In this document: positions 62,228-64,000 of the stretch, piece after piece | Numbering within the stretch: position 1 is the first letter of the stretch | Layout: every line of letters starts with the position of its first letter | Assembly (NCBI GenBank): GCA_051313645.2 | Contig: JBNRSN020000018.1 | Coordinates: 37,758,001-37,822,000 of the forward strand | Length of the DNA: 64,000 bases | Direction of reading: 5' to 3' | Source of the DNA: Centroscyllium fabricii | Lineage: Eukaryota | Translations under genes and position numbers: made by a program | The notes under the pieces: model-generated | Seen by the model: the letters and a program-made list of their open reading frames with translations, nothing else | Databases searched by the model: none | Told to the model about the DNA's origin: nothing

Positions 62228-64000
62228 CTTAACAACTTGCTTGGCTCTCTTGTACAGTGCTTCCATGGTTCTCAAACCCATGATGCCCTTGAGGAACAGG
62301 TGCTGCGTACCCAATAGATGTAATATGAGGGTAGGCCTCCTCCACTTGAGCCCAAGCAGCCTTCATATTCGCAGCATTGTCAGTAACTTCTGCAAAGACC
62401 TTTTGTGATCCAAGATCGTTGATGACCGCTTTCAGCTCATCAGCAATGTATGTGCACGTGTGTCTGTTGTCCTTCGTGTCTGTGCTCTTGAAGAACACTG
62501 GGAGAGGAGTGGAGACGATGTAGTTTATGATGCCCTCCCCTTGTACATTTGACCACCCGTCTGAGATAACTGCAACATAGTCTGCCATCGCTATCGTTTC
62601 TTTGAGCTTTCCTTGGACTCTGTTATACTCCGCCTCCAGCAAATACGTAGACAAAGCATGTCTGGTGGGAGGACAGTATGCAGGGCGAATAACATTGAAA
62701 AATCTCTTACAGTACATATTGGCTGTGAGCATGAGGGGTGAGCCTGTTGGATATACAGCTCGAGCAAGGCACTCATCTACATTCTTCTGGCTATTGTTAT
62801 CCATTGTATCAAAGAACCTTCCAAGTGGGCCAGGAGTTGCTGATGATAAGGAGCCTGATGCTGAATGAGAACTATCATCTTCTTGAATGGCAGCAGAGGA
62901 ACTCTGGGCTGACTGCTGTGAGCTTTGAGTGAAGTTGTTGCATTTGGATAAATGCTGCTGCATCTTTGTGGCATTCTTTACATATGGCTTTGTACACTGT
63001 TTGCACATGTACACAGTCTTTCCATCTTTAATGCCTGGGGTAAAATGCTTCCACACATCCGACGGTAAACGTGGCATTGTTCTATGCAGAGAAATAAAGG
63101 GCATTCATCTCTGTGTCGAACTGCGGTCGATCAGCACGATTGCAACAGGATGAGTACATTTTTGCTGATGCTCCATGTGATGGAAGCATGACCTGTACAC
63201 ACACGACGCTACATCACCAATAGTGTATTATTTTGTATATTTTAAATTGAAGGACAACAGAGTTCAACAAGTAACTGGTTTATTTGGTATAAAGTCTGAT
63301 TTGCTTACTGCATCATCACAACATCAGCAGAAAACAAAATGACTTCCCTCAGGACCCCTAACCTGGATCTTTAAAAAAACTATAGCAGTCTTACAGATGC
63401 CTGCAGGCCAATCACAATTCGATATGCAAATATTACAAATAGAAGGAGCTAATCACTCATCCACTCATCCAACCAATCAGGACACATTTGTTCACAGTCA
63501 CACACAAAACTTGTAATTATTAAAACAAGCCAAGTAAGAAGATAAACATATATTGATTAAGACATTCCTTAATAATTAAGATTCCATCTGTTAGTAATTT
63601 TAAGAGAGGACCTGTGGGGGGGAAAAAAAGAAAGAAATACAAAAAAAACAATATTATGCTAGCATGTGCTTTTTTGGGCAAAATTCCCGAGCTAAACTTC
63701 CTGTGGAAAATTTCTGGAAATTTACTGGAAACTTTCCACCCCTTTGCAACCCTAGACTGAGCCCAAAGCAGTGGGGCGCTTGTCTGTTCTTGTTGGCCAG
63801 GTTATATGCACCCCTTTACTGCTGCTACCTTTGTATTGCAAACTATAAAGAGAATTCATTTGTGAACAATTGGGGCACTTCCATTTCTTGCATCTATAAT
63901 ATTTTGGCACTGTTAAATTAGAGAATTCTGATTATCCTTGTGCATTCCACGAGTTCCTTCGCCCCACCATTGGCGGCCGTGCCTTCTACTGCCGAGGCCC

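Larger units (their letters stand above)
56374..63077 (-). pseudogene. hAT transposase (BED finger, DUF659-like, dimerisation domain), disrupted
   Basis: MPRLPSDVWKHF..CKQC..HLSKC, ISDGWSN, VTDNAANM, TRW, PPSSAASE; frameshifts plus LTR insertion. The 3' end coordinate is approximate. Confidence 0.9.
56104..63754 (-). mobile_element. hAT DNA transposon interrupted by Gypsy
   Basis: TIR CAGGGTTGCAAA / TTTGCAACCCTA; perfect 8-bp TSD GACTGAGC (56096-56103 / 63755-63762). Confidence 0.95.

Noticed and set aside
2755-64000. Next SND1 exon or nested LRRC4 gene
   Set aside because: No IECPR-like exon or LRR ORF was recognised; they probably lie beyond the window, although a short exon could have been missed by eye.

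Overview
Vertebrate genomic DNA, most likely shark/elasmobranch, judged from HE1/V-SINE, SacSINE1/DeuSINE-like, CR1 and Penelope repeats. The only functional host coding sequence I can support is one 142-bp internal SND1 exon (2613-2754, +) with a non-canonical GC donor. Everything downstream is a >61-kb intron packed with TEs: CR1-type, L2 and Rex1 LINEs, Penelope elements with hammerhead ribozymes, SINEs, a decayed Tigger/pogo transposon, a hAT transposon interrupted by a full-length Gypsy element with identical LTRs, and many TA-flanked MITEs. Main discovery: a pogo/Tigger-type MITE (13427-14052) has captured a complete bidirectional CpG-island promoter, with the first coding exon and splice donor of NPRL2 (+) on one side and of CYB561D2 (-) on the other. 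Its sister MITEs, and two other TA-flanked MITE families, carry amplified arrays of housekeeping-promoter motifs (NRF1, YY1, CCAAT/NF-Y, RFX, ETS), suggesting portable promoter modules. All family and gene assignments are by visual recognition, not database search.
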